From the NCBI GenBank assembly GCA_964343575.1, contig CAYFJV010000002.1, positions 133,585 to 197,584 of the forward strand: a stretch of DNA of 64,000 bases, read 5' to 3'. Both the position numbers and the translations under genes were made by a program. Origin of the DNA: an uncultured Methanosarcinales archaeon. Lineage in GTDB: Archaea; Nanobdellota; Nanobdellia; Woesearchaeales; GW2011-AR9. This document shows positions 49,344 through 59,000 of this stretch, one piece after another (the first letter of the stretch is position 1; each line of letters starts with the position of its first letter). The notes below the pieces were generated by a model. It was given only the letters and a program-made list of their open reading frames with translations, searched no databases and was not told the origin of the DNA.

Positions 49344-50249
49344 CTAGTTTTTCTTCCCTTCTTTCTTTTCAAGGTACATTCTTAGGATGCTCACATTTTG
49401 GATCCAAGTCATCAAAAGATCAACCACTAGCCCGATCAAGAGAATAAGCATGATTTGTTTTACTACTTCACTTTTCACAAAGATAAAGGCAATAAGCACC
49501 GCTGAGATAGTTGTACAAGACATGGTAAGTCCGGTTCTCATAGCGCTGTATACTCTTTGCATGATGCTGAGTTCCTTCTTCTTAAGCATCCGGGAAGTAA
49601 GAAGGATATCTGTGTCTACAGAATAACCGATAAGCATTAGGAAAGCTGCAATTCCAGCAGTACTTAACTTGATCCCAGTTAGATTGAAGATTGCTACCGT
49701 TACAATGATATCTGAGAAGGCTGCTCCAATAACTGCAAGGGAAGGTACAAGTGTTCTAAAGTAAGCTGCAACCACAATACCCATGAGCACAAAGGCAATA
49801 AGAAGTGCGATCATAGTTTGAGTAAAGAAGGATTCTCCAAGGCTTGATCCCATCACTTCAACACTGTAAGTGCTCGCTGGAATTTGAGTAAGTTCTTCTA
49901 CTTTTGCTGTAAGTGTGTTAATCTCTTCTTCCTCTTGCGCATCAGCATCGATTGCAATACCTATAGTTTTTCCCGCAGAGCTGAGTTGTCTAATGTCTAA
50001 CTCGGCAAGTGGAAAGGCATTTTGTAGTTCTGCCTCAAGAGATGAAATCTCTTCTCCAGAGAAGCTTTCATAGATAATGATACTTGAACCACCTTTAAGG
50101 CTAATTCCTTTGTTCACAAAGTCGCCAGTAACACTTGTTTGTACCCCAATTTGTACTAGGGCTAAGACAAGGATAAGAATGGGAATGATAAGCAGCTTAC
50201 GATGTTGTTTTTCATAAATAGGTCTTATCTTTTTCAAAACACCTTTCAT
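49344..50249 (-). CDS. secF: protein translocase subunit SecF
   Basis: KGISLKGG, IGYSVDTDILLT. Confidence 0.95.
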   Translation of the reverse strand: MKGVLKKIRPIYEKQHRKLLIIPILILVLALVQIGVQTSVTGDFVNKGISLKGGSSIIIYESFSGEEISSLEAELQNAFPLAELDIRQLSSAGKTIGIAIDADAQEEEEINTLTAKVEELTQIPASTYSVEVMGSSLGESFFTQTMIALLIAFVLMGIVVAAYFRTLVPSLAVIGAAFSDIIVTVAIFNLTGIKLSTAGIAAFLMLIGYSVDTDILLTSRMLKKKELSIMQRVYSAMRTGLTMSCTTISAVLIAFIFVKSEVVKQIMLILLIGLVVDLLMTWIQNVSILRMYLEKKEGKKN

Positions 50250-50311
50250 GGCTTGCTTTCTTGCCAGCGGCTATATAAAGATTATGGCGTTGGTTTGCTT
50301 TTCCTTTTTTT

Positions 50312-50475
50312 GTTTTGTGCCTGCTCGATTTTGTTTTGACAAAATCTCACTCGTGCCGGTTCAGCTCTCTTTGAGTTTTTTGAAGGCTCTGCTTCCCCGG
50401 ATGGGGCCTCCCCCAGCAACGACCTCGATTGTTTTTTCTCTTGAGCTTCACAGGTTGGCACCCTTGGCACAAAAC
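50312..50475. ncRNA. candidate structured ncRNA
   Basis: 10-bp terminal IR GTTTTGTGCC/GGCACAAAAC with nested stems; TATA boxes on both sides. Confidence 0.5.
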
Positions 50476-50537
50476 GCTAGTTTTGTTCTTTTTCTCACGA
50501 GCAAAGCTTTATAAACGAAAAGAGCCTTGCTTTAGGC

Positions 50538-51479
50538 GTGGAATTGCTAACTTTGGAAGGGGTGACAAAGGAATTTAATGGTCGTGCTGTTCTTGACACT
50601 GTTGATCTTCATGTCAGTGAGGGAGATGTGTTTGGAATTATTGGAAGATCAGGAAGCGGAAAATCAACTTTACTTAACCTCATTGTTGGCTTTTATCATC
50701 CAGAGAAAGGTAAGGTACATTACCACAGCTCTACTGGTAAGAAGAGAGGTTTTTCTGGTCATGCTTTGCAAATCAAAAAGCGTATTGGCTTTACACCACA
50801 AGGACTTTCTTTTTACCCGAAGCTGAGTGTCATCGAAAACTTGTTGCACTTTGGAAGAATGTATGGGGTTAGAGATAGTGTTTTGCTTGATAATGCAAAA
50901 AATCTTCTCGCTTTTACTGACCTTTCTCCTTTCAAAGATCATTTGGCTGAAGAACTTTCTGGCGGGATGCAAAAGCGTCTTGACATTGCTTGCAGTCTAA
51001 TTCACAAGCCAAAGTTGTTGGTTCTTGATGAGCCCGTTATGAATCTTGATCCTCGTTTGAAACGAGAGGTTCTTCATTTGATCAAAGAGGTTAATAAGCA
51101 AGGAATCACCGTTGTTCTTGCCTCTCACGATTTGGAATCAGTAGAAGCAATTTGTAATAAAGTTGCAATCCTTCACGATGGGAAAGTGCATTCAAAGGGG
51201 ACTATGAGGGAACTACGAAGGCCCTTTATCCACAAAGAGAGTAGGATAAAAATTAAAACCTCTGATGAGTGGCACGAAGCACTGGTTAATTTTGCAAAAC
51301 AGTTGCCCATCTCACGTATTATTGATAGAGATGACCATATTGTTGTTGAGACTGAAAATTTTGCTTTAACAGCAGGAAAACTTTTGGCTTTCACCCAGCA
51401 GCAAGATCTTGGATTGAATCAGGTGCATATCTCGCACCCTTCACTCAAAACTATTTTTGAGAAGAGTACAAAAAAGTGA
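50538..51479 (+). CDS. ABC transporter ATP-binding protein
   Basis: GRSGSGKS, LSGGM, VLDEP, SHD. Confidence 0.95.
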   Translation: MELLTLEGVTKEFNGRAVLDTVDLHVSEGDVFGIIGRSGSGKSTLLNLIVGFYHPEKGKVHYHSSTGKKRGFSGHALQIKKRIGFTPQGLSFYPKLSVIENLLHFGRMYGVRDSVLLDNAKNLLAFTDLSPFKDHLAEELSGGMQKRLDIACSLIHKPKLLVLDEPVMNLDPRLKREVLHLIKEVNKQGITVVLASHDLESVEAICNKVAILHDGKVHSKGTMRELRRPFIHKESRIKIKTSDEWHEALVNFAKQLPISRIIDRDDHIVVETENFALTAGKLLAFTQQQDLGLNQVHISHPSLKTIFEKSTKK

Positions 51480-51516
51480 AAAGGGCCTCGCCCTTTAAAG
51501 AGACGATAGATGAAGA

Positions 51517-53385
51517 ATGACTTTCCTTCAACAACTTAGCTTACTGATTAAGAAAAATATTCGCCTTCTCATTAGGGCGAAAAGCTCGGCATTAATAGTT
51601 ATTTTTGCGCCTTTGCTTCTGATTCTTTTAATTGGACTTTCTTACAACACTTCTTCTTTTTATGGCCTGAATATTGGAGTACACTCTGCATCTGTAACTG
51701 AGGATGTTAACCAGCTTATTAGTTCTCTTCAAGAACAAGATTTTAAGGTAGTAACTTATGACGATGTTGAAGTTTGTAAGACGGATATCACATACAACTT
51801 TATTCATGCTTGTGTCTCGGTTCCAGATAGTTTTGCAGTGACGGACAATACTGCTAAGGAAGTTACTTTTTATATTGATCAGAGTAGGATTAATTTGGTG
51901 TGGATTGTTCAAGAAGCTTTGAAAGAGGAGTTTAACCTTCGTACCCAAGAGCTTTCCCAAGATTTAGTTTCAAACATTTTTGAACAGATCTCTGCAGCGC
52001 AGAGTAGTCTTGAAGCAGAGAAGGGGGTTGTTGATACAATTAAATCAACAACAGATGGTGCGAAGGGAAGTTCGGATGCCATTTTTACTAGTCTTGGGGA
52101 GGTGGATATCGGTTCAGTGAGTTTGACAGTTGATAGTTCTGCCTTGGATGCTTTTAGTGCGGAAATTGCAAGTTTGCTCAATGAAAGTAGAGATGCCGTA
52201 GAGGACGCCCAAGACGCGCTCGATGCTTTGAACAGCTCGACTACTGATAGTGCAGAATCAGAGTTGGATAGTGCAGATAGTAACCTTGATGATATTGCTG
52301 CCCTTTTGGATAGTAGTGGAGAAAATGGTCTTTTGAGTGTAGAGATGGCTTTTATCACTCTTGAAGATGAAGTTGCTTCTATCAATGGAGTGCTTTCTAA
52401 CGCCTCAGAAAAACTTGCCACAACTTCTACTGATGTGAGCTCTCTTGGTGGTACTTTGGAAGAGAGTAGTGCTTCGCTCTCTGTAGTTATAGAAGATTTG
52501 GAAGCCATTAAGACTGAGCTTGGCAGCTTTGCAGTGTCTGATATTTCAACAATTTCTTCTCCTTTGGTTACCAACATAGAAACAGTAAGTGCTGAGCGTA
52601 GCAATTTGAATTATGTTTTTCCTAGTTTGCTCACTTTGATTGTGATGTTTTTGGCAATTATGCTTGGAGATACCTTAGTTATGATGGAGAAGACGAGTCA
52701 AGCTTATATGAGGAACTTTTTGATCCCTGTGAAGAAAGTTACCTTTGTATTGGCTACTGTACTTACTAATCTTTTGCTTCTCTCTGTTCAATTGATTATT
52801 ATTCTTTTTATCTCTTTATTTTTTATGTCGGATGCTCTTTTGCAATTCCCTTTACTGTTCTTAGTTCTGCTTTGTTCTGCAGCAGTTTTTACTCTGGTAG
52901 GTATGGCAATTGGTTATGCTTTTAGCTCAGAAGAGACTGGGATTTTGGCTTCCATTTCTACCGGAAGCTTATTTTTATTCTTGTCTGGTTTGATCCTCCC
53001 AATTGAAGGAATGTCGGTTGGTCTTAGGCAATTTATCATGTACAATCCTTTTGTAATCACAGAAAAAGTGATTCGAGAAGTCTTTATCTTTGGTGCTGGT
53101 TTTGGTGTGATTTTCACCGATCTTTTGATCTTGCTTGGCTATGCACTTGTGCTCTTTTGCTTTATGCTTTTTATTGATTCTGCCATGGCTAAGGAATTTA
53201 GTAGAAAATCTTTTGCAAATAGTGGGGCTGCTAAAAAGGCAAGTGGGAAAGAGAAGAGTTCTGGGGGTAAGGGTAAAAAGAGTGAAAGCAAGCCAGGGAA
53301 GAAACCTTCTATCTCTTTAGGCTCTTTGTTTGGCCGAAAAAAGACTTCTGTGGCGGATAAAAAGGGTAAAGCAGAAAAAGAATAG
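51517..53385 (+). CDS. ABC-2 type permease with large extracellular helical domain
   Basis: One N-terminal TM, long acidic helical loop, about 5 C-terminal TMs, LSGLILP. Confidence 0.85.
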   Translation: MTFLQQLSLLIKKNIRLLIRAKSSALIVIFAPLLLILLIGLSYNTSSFYGLNIGVHSASVTEDVNQLISSLQEQDFKVVTYDDVEVCKTDITYNFIHACVSVPDSFAVTDNTAKEVTFYIDQSRINLVWIVQEALKEEFNLRTQELSQDLVSNIFEQISAAQSSLEAEKGVVDTIKSTTDGAKGSSDAIFTSLGEVDIGSVSLTVDSSALDAFSAEIASLLNESRDAVEDAQDALDALNSSTTDSAESELDSADSNLDDIAALLDSSGENGLLSVEMAFITLEDEVASINGVLSNASEKLATTSTDVSSLGGTLEESSASLSVVIEDLEAIKTELGSFAVSDISTISSPLVTNIETVSAERSNLNYVFPSLLTLIVMFLAIMLGDTLVMMEKTSQAYMRNFLIPVKKVTFVLATVLTNLLLLSVQLIIILFISLFFMSDALLQFPLLFLVLLCSAAVFTLVGMAIGYAFSSEETGILASISTGSLFLFLSGLILPIEGMSVGLRQFIMYNPFVITEKVIREVFIFGAGFGVIFTDLLILLGYALVLFCFMLFIDSAMAKEFSRKSFANSGAAKKASGKEKSSGGKGKKSESKPGKKPSISLGSLFGRKKTSVADKKGKAEKE

Positions 53386-53401
53386 CTGCTTTTTTGTTCT
53401 T

Positions 53402-53950
53402 ATGGTTAGGAAAAGCAAAACCCTTGGACCAAGTAGGGCTCGTTTAGTTGTTGTTTCTGGAACACCTGGTACTGGAAAGTCTACTCTTGCTTTACTTTTA
53501 GAGAAAAAGTTGGGTTGGGTTCGTATTGATTGGCATGTGCTTTTGAAGAGGAATAAAGAAGTTTCTTTAGGTTATAATCGTAAAAAACAGTGTTATGATC
53601 TTGATATGTCTGTACTTGCTTCTGAGATTAAGAAATTCATGCGAGAAGAGGTGAAATTACGAGGGGAAGGAGAAGTAGTTTTTGTCTTTGATAGTCACAT
53701 TGGACATTTGCTTCCCAAAAGAATGGTTGATTTGTGTGTAATTATGCGTTGCAGTAATTTGAAGAAGTTAAAGAAGCGTCTTGAAGAGAGGAGATATGGC
53801 AAGAAGAAGGTTGAAGAAAACTTGCAGTGCGAAATATTTGATGTTTGTTTTGAAGAAGCAGAAGGTCGTGGTTTGAAGATTCTTTGTTTTGATAGTGCGA
53901 AGAGAATGCTGCAAAAAGAAGTCTTTTCTCGCCTTGGTAAAGCTTTATAA
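53402..53950 (+). CDS. AK6/Fap7-type adenylate kinase/ATPase
   Basis: GTPGTGKS, DSH, RRYGKKKVEENLQCEI. Confidence 0.88.
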   Translation: MVRKSKTLGPSRARLVVVSGTPGTGKSTLALLLEKKLGWVRIDWHVLLKRNKEVSLGYNRKKQCYDLDMSVLASEIKKFMREEVKLRGEGEVVFVFDSHIGHLLPKRMVDLCVIMRCSNLKKLKKRLEERRYGKKKVEENLQCEIFDVCFEEAEGRGLKILCFDSAKRMLQKEVFSRLGKAL

Positions 53951-54016
53951 AGTGGAAATTTGCTTGACTTAGTTAAGTTGTTTTGAATTTGTTTGAATAC
54001 AACTTGAGAATATAAG

Positions 54017-55123
54017 ATGGCAGTAATGAACAGTAGAGATCGTTTGTACTTGAAAAAATTGCTTCGTGAGCTTAAATCGCATCGAGCAATGCATACAGAG
54101 TTTGTGACAGTCTATGTTCCTGCTGGTTATAACCTAGATAAGATCATTGGACATTTGTCTGAAGAGCAAGGGACTGCTTCTAACATTAAATCGGCAGTTA
54201 CTCGAAAGAATGTACAGGCAGCTCTTGAAAAAATGATTGTGCACCTGAAGGGTTTTAAGCAGACACCAGAGAACGGTTTGGCTGTTTTTTCTGGAAACAC
54301 TGCTGCAAGTGAAGGTAAACAGGACTTTAAGGTCTGGAGCTATGAACCGAAGATGCCGCTTAACACGCGGATTTATCGTTGTGATAAAACCTTTATGACT
54401 CAAATTCTGGATGATTTTTTGATGGATGATACTGTGTATGGTCTGGTTGTTCTCGATCGGCGTGATGCAAGCATTGCTTTGCTTAAAGGAAAGCGAATCG
54501 AGATTTTGCAAAAAACACACAGTGAAGTTCCTGGAAAGTTTAAGGCCGGTGGACAGTCAGCTCAGCGTTTTGCTCGCTTACGTGAAGGTGCATACAAAGA
54601 ACATTTCAAGAAAGTTGCAGAGTATATGAAAGATAATTATTTGCATATGGGCAACAATTTGAAAGGCATTATTATTGGTGGTCCGGGAACTACCGTTAAT
54701 TCTTTTTTGAATTATGAATACTTGACTGGAGATGTTAAGAAGAAAATTATTGGGACCAAAGATCTGAGTTATACTGGGGAATTTGGTCTTCAGGAGTTGC
54801 TTGAGAAGTCTCAGGACCTCTTGTCTGCTGAAGAAGTTGCTCAAGAAAAAGAAGCCATGCAACGGTTTTTTAAGATCCTTTTGAATGAACCTGGAAAGGC
54901 AGCTTATGGCGAGAAAGAAGTTGCTGCTGCACTTGAGATGAATGCGGTTGATCTGCTTCTTGTTTCTGATGGGCTTGATGAGGAAAAAGTTTTTGCTTAT
55001 GAAGAGAAAGCGCAGGACGGTGGGGCGCAAATGAGGATCATTTCTACTGAAGTTCGTGAGGGTGTACAGTTGAAGAATTTGGGTGGCGTTGCTGCAATAC
55101 TTCGTTTTCCGATTCATGGTTAG
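54017..55123 (+). CDS. prf1: peptide chain release factor aRF1
   Basis: NIKS, YRCD, GGQS. Confidence 0.97.
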   Translation: MAVMNSRDRLYLKKLLRELKSHRAMHTEFVTVYVPAGYNLDKIIGHLSEEQGTASNIKSAVTRKNVQAALEKMIVHLKGFKQTPENGLAVFSGNTAASEGKQDFKVWSYEPKMPLNTRIYRCDKTFMTQILDDFLMDDTVYGLVVLDRRDASIALLKGKRIEILQKTHSEVPGKFKAGGQSAQRFARLREGAYKEHFKKVAEYMKDNYLHMGNNLKGIIIGGPGTTVNSFLNYEYLTGDVKKKIIGTKDLSYTGEFGLQELLEKSQDLLSAEEVAQEKEAMQRFFKILLNEPGKAAYGEKEVAAALEMNAVDLLLVSDGLDEEKVFAYEEKAQDGGAQMRIISTEVREGVQLKNLGGVAAILRFPIHG

Positions 55124-55217
55124 TTAATTGATTTCTTTGTTAGTTTGTTGTTTGGGTTATAGTAATCTTTTTATGCTGCTTTTTCTTTGGCTTCTCTTGT
55201 GTTTAGGTTGATGATTT

Positions 55218-55946
55218 ATGGTGGATTTAATTGAGGAGTCTTTTAGACGTTTGTTCCCAGATCGTAGGTTTTCGTATTTGACTGAAGAGAAGTATTCTTT
55301 GCGTTTGAAAGATTTTAATGCAAATATTTTGCTTCGAGGGGGAAAGATTACTGTGAAGTATAATTTGCAGTGGAAAAACATTGATGATGAGATTAAGATT
55401 GGTTTGATTCAGACTTTGTTGCTTAAGTTGTTTAAGGTGCGTGATAAAACTTCGGTTTCTTATTTGAACATTGATCTGTATAATGATTTCTTGAAACGTA
55501 TTCCTGACTTTGCTGAGGTTCATAAGAGTCACCCGGAGTTAGAGGACTCTTTTCACAGAGTTAACAGCGAGTTGCTTGATGGTGAGCTTGAGAAACCTAA
55601 TTTGGTCTGGGGAAAGGCTTCTACTCGAAAACTTGCTTGTTATAACTTTCATAACAACACAGTTACTGTGAGTACGGTTTTTAAGGAAAGCCCAAAACAT
55701 GTGCTTGACTTCTTAATGTACCATGAGTTGCTTCACAAGAAGTTTCAGTTTTCTCATAAGAATGGTAGGGCGAGCTATCATTCTTCTGCTTTTCGAGCCG
55801 CTGAGCGTCAGTTTCCGGGTTATCCTGCGGTGGAGAAAGACATTGAAACTGAGATTAGGCGGCATAAGCGCGGGCAAAGAACTAAGGACTTATCTAGAGG
55901 CGGTTCTGGGAGAAAAAAGAAGGGTTTGCTTTCTTGGTTTAAGTAG
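55218..55946 (+). CDS. SprT/YgjP-like zinc metallopeptidase
   Basis: YHELLH..H..F. Confidence 0.8.
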   Translation: MVDLIEESFRRLFPDRRFSYLTEEKYSLRLKDFNANILLRGGKITVKYNLQWKNIDDEIKIGLIQTLLLKLFKVRDKTSVSYLNIDLYNDFLKRIPDFAEVHKSHPELEDSFHRVNSELLDGELEKPNLVWGKASTRKLACYNFHNNTVTVSTVFKESPKHVLDFLMYHELLHKKFQFSHKNGRASYHSSAFRAAERQFPGYPAVEKDIETEIRRHKRGQRTKDLSRGGSGRKKKGLLSWFK

Positions 55947-56002
55947 TTTGGTGAAGGTATTTTTTAACAAGATTTTTAAATCTCCTTTTTCTGGTTTTCT
56001 TT

Positions 56003-57079
56003 ATGTTTGAAGCGCATATTGCTGAGATTGTTTCTGGACTTATGGCTAGCTATTCTTGGCTCTCTTTTCTGGAAAATCCTTGGTGGGTTGCTCTTTTCTT
56101 ATTGCTTTTTGCAGTGGTTCTTGCCAAGACTCTTCATTTTTTATCTTCGCAATATTTTAGAGTTTTTGCATCAAAAACTAAAACAGATATTGATGATATT
56201 ATCTTTGAAAAAAGTGAGCGACCCTTGTTGTATCTCTTACTTGTTTTTGCTTTGCAGCAAGCAATGCTTTATCTGGGAGCAACCGGCACTTGGCTTTTTA
56301 TTGTAGACAATCTTTTGGTGCTCGTTATTGTCTTTATCTTTTCAAGAGTGTTTGATATTGCACTTGAAATTTGGGGGAGAAATTTTGCTAAGAAGACTAA
56401 GACGGAGTTGGACGAAATTTTGCTTCCTTTATTGCATCGTTTTTCTAAAGTTATTTTTGTAGTTATTGCTTTGATGTGGTCTTTGGATGTTTGGGGCATT
56501 GATATCACTCCTTATTTGGCGGGAGTTGGTCTGAGTGGAGTTGTGCTTGGTCTTGCACTGCAGGATTCTTTAAAGAATATTTTTGGCGGCGTTTCCTTAA
56601 TTCTTGATGGGGCAATCAAAGTTGGTGATAAAATCAAACTTGAAAGTGGGGAAGTTGGAAAAGTTATTGATGTTGGTTTGCGAAGCACTAAGTTAGTGAG
56701 TTTTGATAACGAAATGCTTACTGTGCCCAATGGTTATCTTGCAAACAGTAGAGTACAAAACTATGCCGGACCAAGTTCTCAGATTCGAGTTGTTATTGAT
56801 TTTGGTGTTGCTTACGGCACTAACGTTGCTGCGGTGAAGAAGTTGGCGCTGGGCGTGATATCAAAGATGGATGATCTTATGGAAGAGCCTGCTCCAGATT
56901 GTATCTTCCATGCAATGGGCGATTCAGCAATTGAGTTCAAGCTTATTTTTTGGGTTGACGATTGGCGTAACTCTTATGCTAAGAAATTAGAAGCAACTGA
57001 ACTCTTGTACCTTGCACTGATGAAGAAAAAGATTGATATCCCTTACCCTACGCAAACCTTGCATATGGTTGAGGAATGA
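56003..57079 (+). CDS. mscS: MscS mechanosensitive channel
   Basis: LALQDSLKNIFGG, GLRST, VPN, IPYP. Confidence 0.93.
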   Translation: MFEAHIAEIVSGLMASYSWLSFLENPWWVALFLLLFAVVLAKTLHFLSSQYFRVFASKTKTDIDDIIFEKSERPLLYLLLVFALQQAMLYLGATGTWLFIVDNLLVLVIVFIFSRVFDIALEIWGRNFAKKTKTELDEILLPLLHRFSKVIFVVIALMWSLDVWGIDITPYLAGVGLSGVVLGLALQDSLKNIFGGVSLILDGAIKVGDKIKLESGEVGKVIDVGLRSTKLVSFDNEMLTVPNGYLANSRVQNYAGPSSQIRVVIDFGVAYGTNVAAVKKLALGVISKMDDLMEEPAPDCIFHAMGDSAIEFKLIFWVDDWRNSYAKKLEATELLYLALMKKKIDIPYPTQTLHMVEE

Positions 57080-57173
57080 ACAGCTGAACTGTATGGTTTT
57101 GATTCTGTTTGTAGTCTTGTAGTTTTTCTTTTTTCTGGAAAATCTTAAATAATATTTTTTCTTATGTTGTCTT

Positions 57174-57365
57174 ATGAGCCCAGGGACTATTATTTTGATC
57201 ATTATTTTGCTCATCTTGCTTATCTTCTTTAACAAAGTGGTTTCCTATGCTCTTCGTTTCGCTTTACTCTTTTTGATCATTGCCTTTTTGATCATTCTTG
57301 TCTTTGGTGTTTCCTTCAATGAACTGATCACTTTTCTCAAAGATATCATTGTCCTTATTTTTTAG
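57174..57365 (+). CDS. small two-TM membrane protein
   Basis: Almost entirely hydrophobic 63 aa. Confidence 0.55.
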   Translation: MSPGTIILIIILLILLIFFNKVVSYALRFALLFLIIAFLIILVFGVSFNELITFLKDIIVLIF

Positions 57366-57515
57366 AATGGCCCGGGAGTAGGATATTTTGGTATCTTTCC
57401 CTGGAAAGACGAAAAATGGGCTTTTTTCACGGTAAGTTTTTAAATGATCTTGACTTCGAGGTTTGTTATTGCAGGGTGGTTACCCTCTCCTGTGTTGAGA
57501 TGAGTTTGTGTTACA

Positions 57516-58808
57516 ATGGCAAAAAGAACGAAACTTAATGCTGAAACTTCTTTGGAGGAGGACTTATTTCGAGGGTCTTCTACTCGAATAGTTGATACTT
57601 CTTTGGGTTCTGAGTCTGAAGAAGTTGAAGAGAAGAGTTCTGGTCAAAGTGAACCCCAAGATGAAGTACAGGATGTAACTCGTTATCTCTCTAAATTGGA
57701 AGAGGAGAACCGTGTTTTGAATATGACTCTTCATCGTTTAGAAGAAGAAACTTCTTTGCTTCGCGCACTTTTTAACAAAACTCACGGCGAACTTGAGAAC
57801 TTTAAGAAGCCAGCACTCTTGGTTGCTGAAATTGTGAATGTTTTCGAAGATAAAGCAGTCATTAAACTTTCTAATGGAAACAAATTTTACTCTTACATTT
57901 CTTCTGGACTTGAAGTAGACAAAGGAGATGCTGTTTTGGTTGAGCAGAAGTCTTTGAACATTGTTCAGAAGGTTGATATTAGTAATGGTGGATTTGAAGT
58001 TGAGAAATACCTCATTGTTGAGAAACCTAACGAGACTTGGAAGGAAGTTGGCGGACTTAAAGAGGTTATTGCTGAGTTGAAAGAAGTTATTGAACTGCCT
58101 CTTAAAAAGCCAAAATTGTTTGAAAAGGTAGGGATTACTCCTCCAAAAGGGGTTCTTTTGTATGGTCCTCCTGGGACTGGTAAAACTTTGCTTGCAAAAG
58201 CTGTTGCGCACAGCACTGATGCCACTTTTATTGAAATTGTAGGTTCTGAATTGGTACAGAAATTTATTGGAGAAGGTTCTAAATTAGTTAAAGAGTTGTT
58301 TGCTCTTGCTCGTCGAAAAGCTCCTGCAATTATCTTCATTGATGAGCTTGACGCGCTTGCTGCAATGCGAACAGAAACAGGTACTTCTGGTGAGCGTGAA
58401 GTTAACCGAACGTTTATGCAGTTACTTGCAGAACTTGATGGTTTTGAACCGCTTGGTAACATTAAAGTGATTGCTGCTACAAACCGTAAAGATATTTTGG
58501 ATCATGCTATTGTTCGTCCAGGTAGGCTTGATAGGTTAATTGAAGTTGGCTTGCCTGATGCGAAGGGTCGAAGCGAGATTTTGAAAGTGCATACTTCCCG
58601 TATGAACCTACAAAAAGTTGATTTGAAGAAAGTGGTTGAAATTACTGACGGCTTTAGTGGAGCTGAGCTGAAGGCAGTTTGTACTGAAGCAGGGTATTTT
58701 GCAATTCGAAAGAAGCGTGATCATGTGGTTCAAGAAGATTTTGTTTTAGCTGTTGAGAAAGTCTTCCGGTCCGATGAAGATGATGATGAAGAGATGATCG
58801 CTGGGTAG
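57516..58808 (+). CDS. pan: proteasome-activating nucleotidase
   Basis: Coiled coil + OB, GPPGTGKT, KFIGEG, IDELD, RPGRLDR. Confidence 0.95.
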   Translation: MAKRTKLNAETSLEEDLFRGSSTRIVDTSLGSESEEVEEKSSGQSEPQDEVQDVTRYLSKLEEENRVLNMTLHRLEEETSLLRALFNKTHGELENFKKPALLVAEIVNVFEDKAVIKLSNGNKFYSYISSGLEVDKGDAVLVEQKSLNIVQKVDISNGGFEVEKYLIVEKPNETWKEVGGLKEVIAELKEVIELPLKKPKLFEKVGITPPKGVLLYGPPGTGKTLLAKAVAHSTDATFIEIVGSELVQKFIGEGSKLVKELFALARRKAPAIIFIDELDALAAMRTETGTSGEREVNRTFMQLLAELDGFEPLGNIKVIAATNRKDILDHAIVRPGRLDRLIEVGLPDAKGRSEILKVHTSRMNLQKVDLKKVVEITDGFSGAELKAVCTEAGYFAIRKKRDHVVQEDFVLAVEKVFRSDEDDDEEMIAG

Positions 58809-58880
58809 GCTTGTCTTGCGGTTTGTGTTCTTTCTTTTTCTTTTAGATAGCTTTTTATGTTTTTAGTATTCTTACTCTCT

Positions 58881-58970
58881 TGAGAAGTGCAACTTGCAAT
58901 GATTACGTGAACACCATGGCTTCCTTATAGCCGGCGGTAGTAACTGATGAGCAGGCATAGATTCTCACAG
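58881..58970 (+). ncRNA. candidate K-turn sRNA (H/ACA- or C/D-like)
   Basis: GAGAA/TTCTC stem followed by ACA; ATGATTA 58899-58905 and CTGATGA 58944-58950; TATA-like TTTTTAT at 58852. Confidence 0.45.
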
Positions 58971-59000
58971 AAAATACTTGTTTGAGTTAGTTTGGGTGTT

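Noticed and set aside
57368..57425. Hairpin after the small membrane gene
   Set aside because: Short and imperfect; adequately explained as terminator-like
58944..58975. Hammerhead ribozyme (CTGATGA...GAAA) or fluoride riboswitch
   Set aside because: Stem II closing pair and stem III do not form; fluoride P1 does not pair and the location is 3' of both genes
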